Assembly (NCBI GenBank): GCA_030390025.1
Contig: CM059431.1
Location: 142,974,001 to 143,038,000, forward strand
DNA length: 64,000 bases
Origin: Squalus acanthias
Taxonomy: Eukaryota
Reading direction: 5' to 3'
Positions 60,859-64,000 of the stretch are shown one piece after another. A program made the translations under genes and the position numbers. A model generated the notes under the pieces. The model was not told the origin of the DNA. It did not search any database and was given only the letters and a program-made list of their open reading frames with translations. Position 1 is the first letter of the stretch, and each line of letters begins with the position of its first letter.

Positions 60859-61615
60859 GGGGCATAAATTCGGGTCTCCACCGGTGAATACGCGCCGTGT
60901 ACTCACCCGTAGATCCAACGAAACTGCCGGTTTCGCGCATGCACTGCGCAAGCGCTGGAAACCGAAGCTTCGGTTCCCTTGAAGGAAGGGGTTCGGAGGT
61001 CAAACGCGTGCGCCGGAGAGGCAGCGCGCACTAATCGAACTTCCGATTTTTTTCAGTTTTCCCCGTGAGGGTAAGTCCCTGGCAGCTGCGTGGGGAAAAA
61101 GCAGGCGCAAGGCCTGCTTTTAACAAGGTAGTGTTGAATTAAGTGAAATGTAAACATTTTTTCCACAGGTTTATCTTTTTTAAATACTTCGAACAAAAGG
61201 TAAGTTCATTTTTAGCCCCGTTAAAAACTGTAATTAATTTTTTCAAAAATTTAAATTTCTGTTTAAAATAGTTAATTTATGTAATTTATAGTTATTTTAA
61301 AAATGTTATTTTTAAAAAAATTATTTGAAGTTTTAGTTAGGTTTTAGGGCCGATCTCTTCATAGATTTGACAGGTCTTCCTGTCTAATCTATGAATGGAG
61401 ATTCCCTGCTCCGATTGGCTCTCCATGGCCCACGTGATCCCAGGGGTACGCTTCGAACTAACTGCGCCCCTGGGATACGCAAGTACTGCGCACCGGCAGC
61501 TGGAGGAGGCCCAGGATCGGAATCCCACGCGGGCCCACAGCACAACGGCAGGCGCGCTAGGTAAGTGCAGGTCGGGGGCTCGCACCTGCGGGAAGCCTCC
61601 GGCCAATTTCTGGGC
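60859..61615. mobile_element. Non-autonomous Harbinger-type element, about 755 bp, apparently inserted in a CR1 fragment
   Basis: TIR-like ends ggggcataaattcgg and ccaatttctgggc. Colinear with 50361-51120. The flanks rejoin as a - strand CR1 sequence (ctgcacctcc...atacatccttcct). Confidence 0.8.
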
Positions 61616-62274
61616 AAATACATCCTTCCTCAGGTGCAGTGCCATAAACTGAATGAAGCACTCCAGATAGGGTCTCACCAAGCCTCGTTACAACTGAAAC
61701 ATAGCTTGCTCCTCTTAGTATTCCAGCCCGCTTGCGATAAAGGCCAACATTCATTCAGCGTTTTTGAATGGAACTCGTGCAACTTATTCATCAAACATTA
61801 AATCGAATGGGATCCTGCGGGCCACTCACAAGGTTTATTTTAGCGACTTTGTAGTGAAGTAGAGTATGTTAGTATGTGAGATTTCCATAGTTAAATTTTA
61901 GTAACAGGGCAAGTCTGCTTTGTATTATATACAGGCCTGAGATATAGGCTGTTCGATCTTGAATTGAAATATGAAATCCACTGAAACTGTTGACGTCAGC
62001 ACCAGAAGTTGAATATTACTTTTCATGTTAACAATCCTATGACAAACACACAAAGATCACAGGAATATCGGGGACCTGAATGTGTGCGAGATACTGCTCC
62101 TAATCCAGTCGATAAGGTGGACCATGTCGAGCTGTTTCACCTTGTCCAGAACAATAGAACCGAAGGACACGACGTGAGATTGAAGAGGGTAAAGTCAAAA
62201 CTAATCTGTGGAAACATTATTTCAGTGATCGACTGTCTATCTATGGAACAGGCTTCCTTGCTAATCTTCATAAT

Positions 62275-62700
62275 TAAAACTAGAGGACAGGGGAGTTCAG
62301 GGGAACACGGGCAGCAACATTAGAAATAGAATAAAGGGAAATTCAGGGGAACACTGTAAATGTTTAATTAGAAATAGAGGACAGGGGAATATGGCAACTG
62401 ATGTTAGAAATAAGGACCAGTGGAAAACTTCATTTAGAAGTAGGGGACAGGGGAAGACAGCAAATGTTCAATTAGAAATAGAGGACAAGGGAATTCAGGG
62501 TAATAATCTAACTGTCTAATTAGAAATAGAATAAAAGGAGACATGGGGTAACACAGTAAATAACTGCTTTTTTAGAACTAGGGGACTGGGGAGACAGTAA
62601 CTGTTTATTTAGAAATAGAGGAGACGGGAATGTCAGGAAAACACAGTAACTGTTCAAGGGAACACAACAACTGGTTAATTAGAAACGGGGGACGGGGAAT
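62275..62700 (+). repeat. Decayed tandem repeat of about 40-48 bp (ttagaaatagaggacaggggaattcagggaaacacagtaactgtt-like)
   Basis: ttagaaatag and close variants recur about 9-10 times at variable spacing. Confidence 0.75.
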
Positions 62701-64000
62701 GACAACCACATCAGATTGAATGTGACCCGGTAATGTAATGGTTAATTATTCATGCCTTTGCTTTTTATTTTACATGTTATTTTTGGATGATGTGTTTGAT
62801 TACACATCCCCTTCTCAGGATTGTATCTGGGTTCAGAACATCGCTGACTGTTGGAATTAAAACCTCTGCCTGCTGCCTGACTCCTGCCTTAAATACGGTT
62901 GGCCGTCTGAATCCAGCTAAATGAGAATGTGTCTCTTAAACAGAACTGCCCGCAGCTAATGAGCAATTTCCCAGAAGGTGGACGCCAGCCGGACTAGCAG
63001 AGCCCGGGCTCCAGGGGGCCCTGTAAACAAGAGAACTTCGGTTTTGGAGAACGTCTTGTCAAGTGGAACGTTATAGAGTAATGGGTAAAGCTGAGTTTAA
63101 GTCACAATTAATAAATGAAGCCCATTCACAATTAAAGTACAAAGGCTATTGTCACCATAAGCTTTTCAATAATGTTCTTGAACATTGGAGTGAGGTGTCA
63201 TCGGTTTATTAAGCACATAATACATGTAATAGTACTTACACACACACTCAAAAGGTAAAACATAGAACCACACCTGATGATGGTTGGTGTGGAGACCGAA
63301 AGATGTCACAGTCCTGAGCTCAATATCTTAGACTTTTACGAAAACGAATAATCATTCAAAACTGTTAGTTTTTATAAATTTTTCTCACTCTCGTTACATG
63401 AAAATCCTCAAAATTCTGCATTCCACAATTATATCAAAGTTTAAACGTAAGGGCAATTCAATTGATTTATCTGAAAGATAATTTCACTCATATGATTGCA
63501 ATGGTACCAAGTGAAACCTTTAATAGTGAGACTGTCTGTCTCTGTATCTAAAGTACTATGTGAAAATGATGATGGATGTCCAGATGTTTTCCTTTGCAAA
63601 ACTAACTCTCTTCCCAAACAGTTAGCAAAGGAAGAAAGTTCCCTGAAATTGATGAATCTGTTCGCAATGATATGTGTTTAATTAAATAGCGTATTACTTC
63701 ATCCTGAAACTGACCATTGTTGCAGGGTCAGCTCTGGCCCATTAGCCAAGTGGTACTTTAAATACACTTGTACTTCCTGCTTCACAGGAAAATGCTAAAG
63801 ATTAACATTACTACAATAGAAAAAAAAAAGAGAAACCAACACAGTATAATATTAGTGGAAGTTAGGCTAGGCTGATTAACCCTTTCCTTACAGCGACATC
63901 TTTGTTGACGTTAGAGTATTTCAGGTCAACACTAAACAATATCTCCTCAGCATCATAGATTTATCTCGGTCTATTCTATTGCTGGGATCTCCATCCATTG

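Noticed and set aside
62721..63130. Solo LTR (tgtga...tcaca with AATAAA)
   Set aside because: The flanks give no TSD, and there is no PBS/PPT or second copy.

Overview
Eukaryotic, repeat-dominated genomic DNA. The repeat content and the GPCR type point to a vertebrate, most likely a cartilaginous fish (inference). Most of the window is decayed non-LTR retrotransposon sequence: two CR1-group LINE families, often nested, plus Penelope-like elements (PLEs) with GIY-YIG endonuclease and hammerhead-ribozyme motifs, and tRNA-derived SINEs. There is one apparently intact host gene, a two-exon GPR139/GPR142-like rhodopsin-class GPCR (44675-46749). A near-complete two-gene PIF/Harbinger DNA transposon (about 47963-53277) carries a spliced Myb/SANT-like gene and a convergent HARBI1-like transposase, both disrupted; probable non-autonomous relatives and MITEs are scattered through the window. 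An old, large inverted duplication (about 11.4-18.0 kb vs 20.4-23.6 kb) holds two head-to-head decayed copies of an unidentified spliced gene-like unit, plus an unusually well-conserved inner element. Also present are decayed tRNA genes (three Thr(CGT)-like, one Lys(CTT)-like, one Leu(CAG)-like) and several minisatellites (26, about 50, 34 and about 45 bp units). There is no CRISPR array or prokaryotic operon. All alignments were made by eye, so repeat boundaries are approximate.
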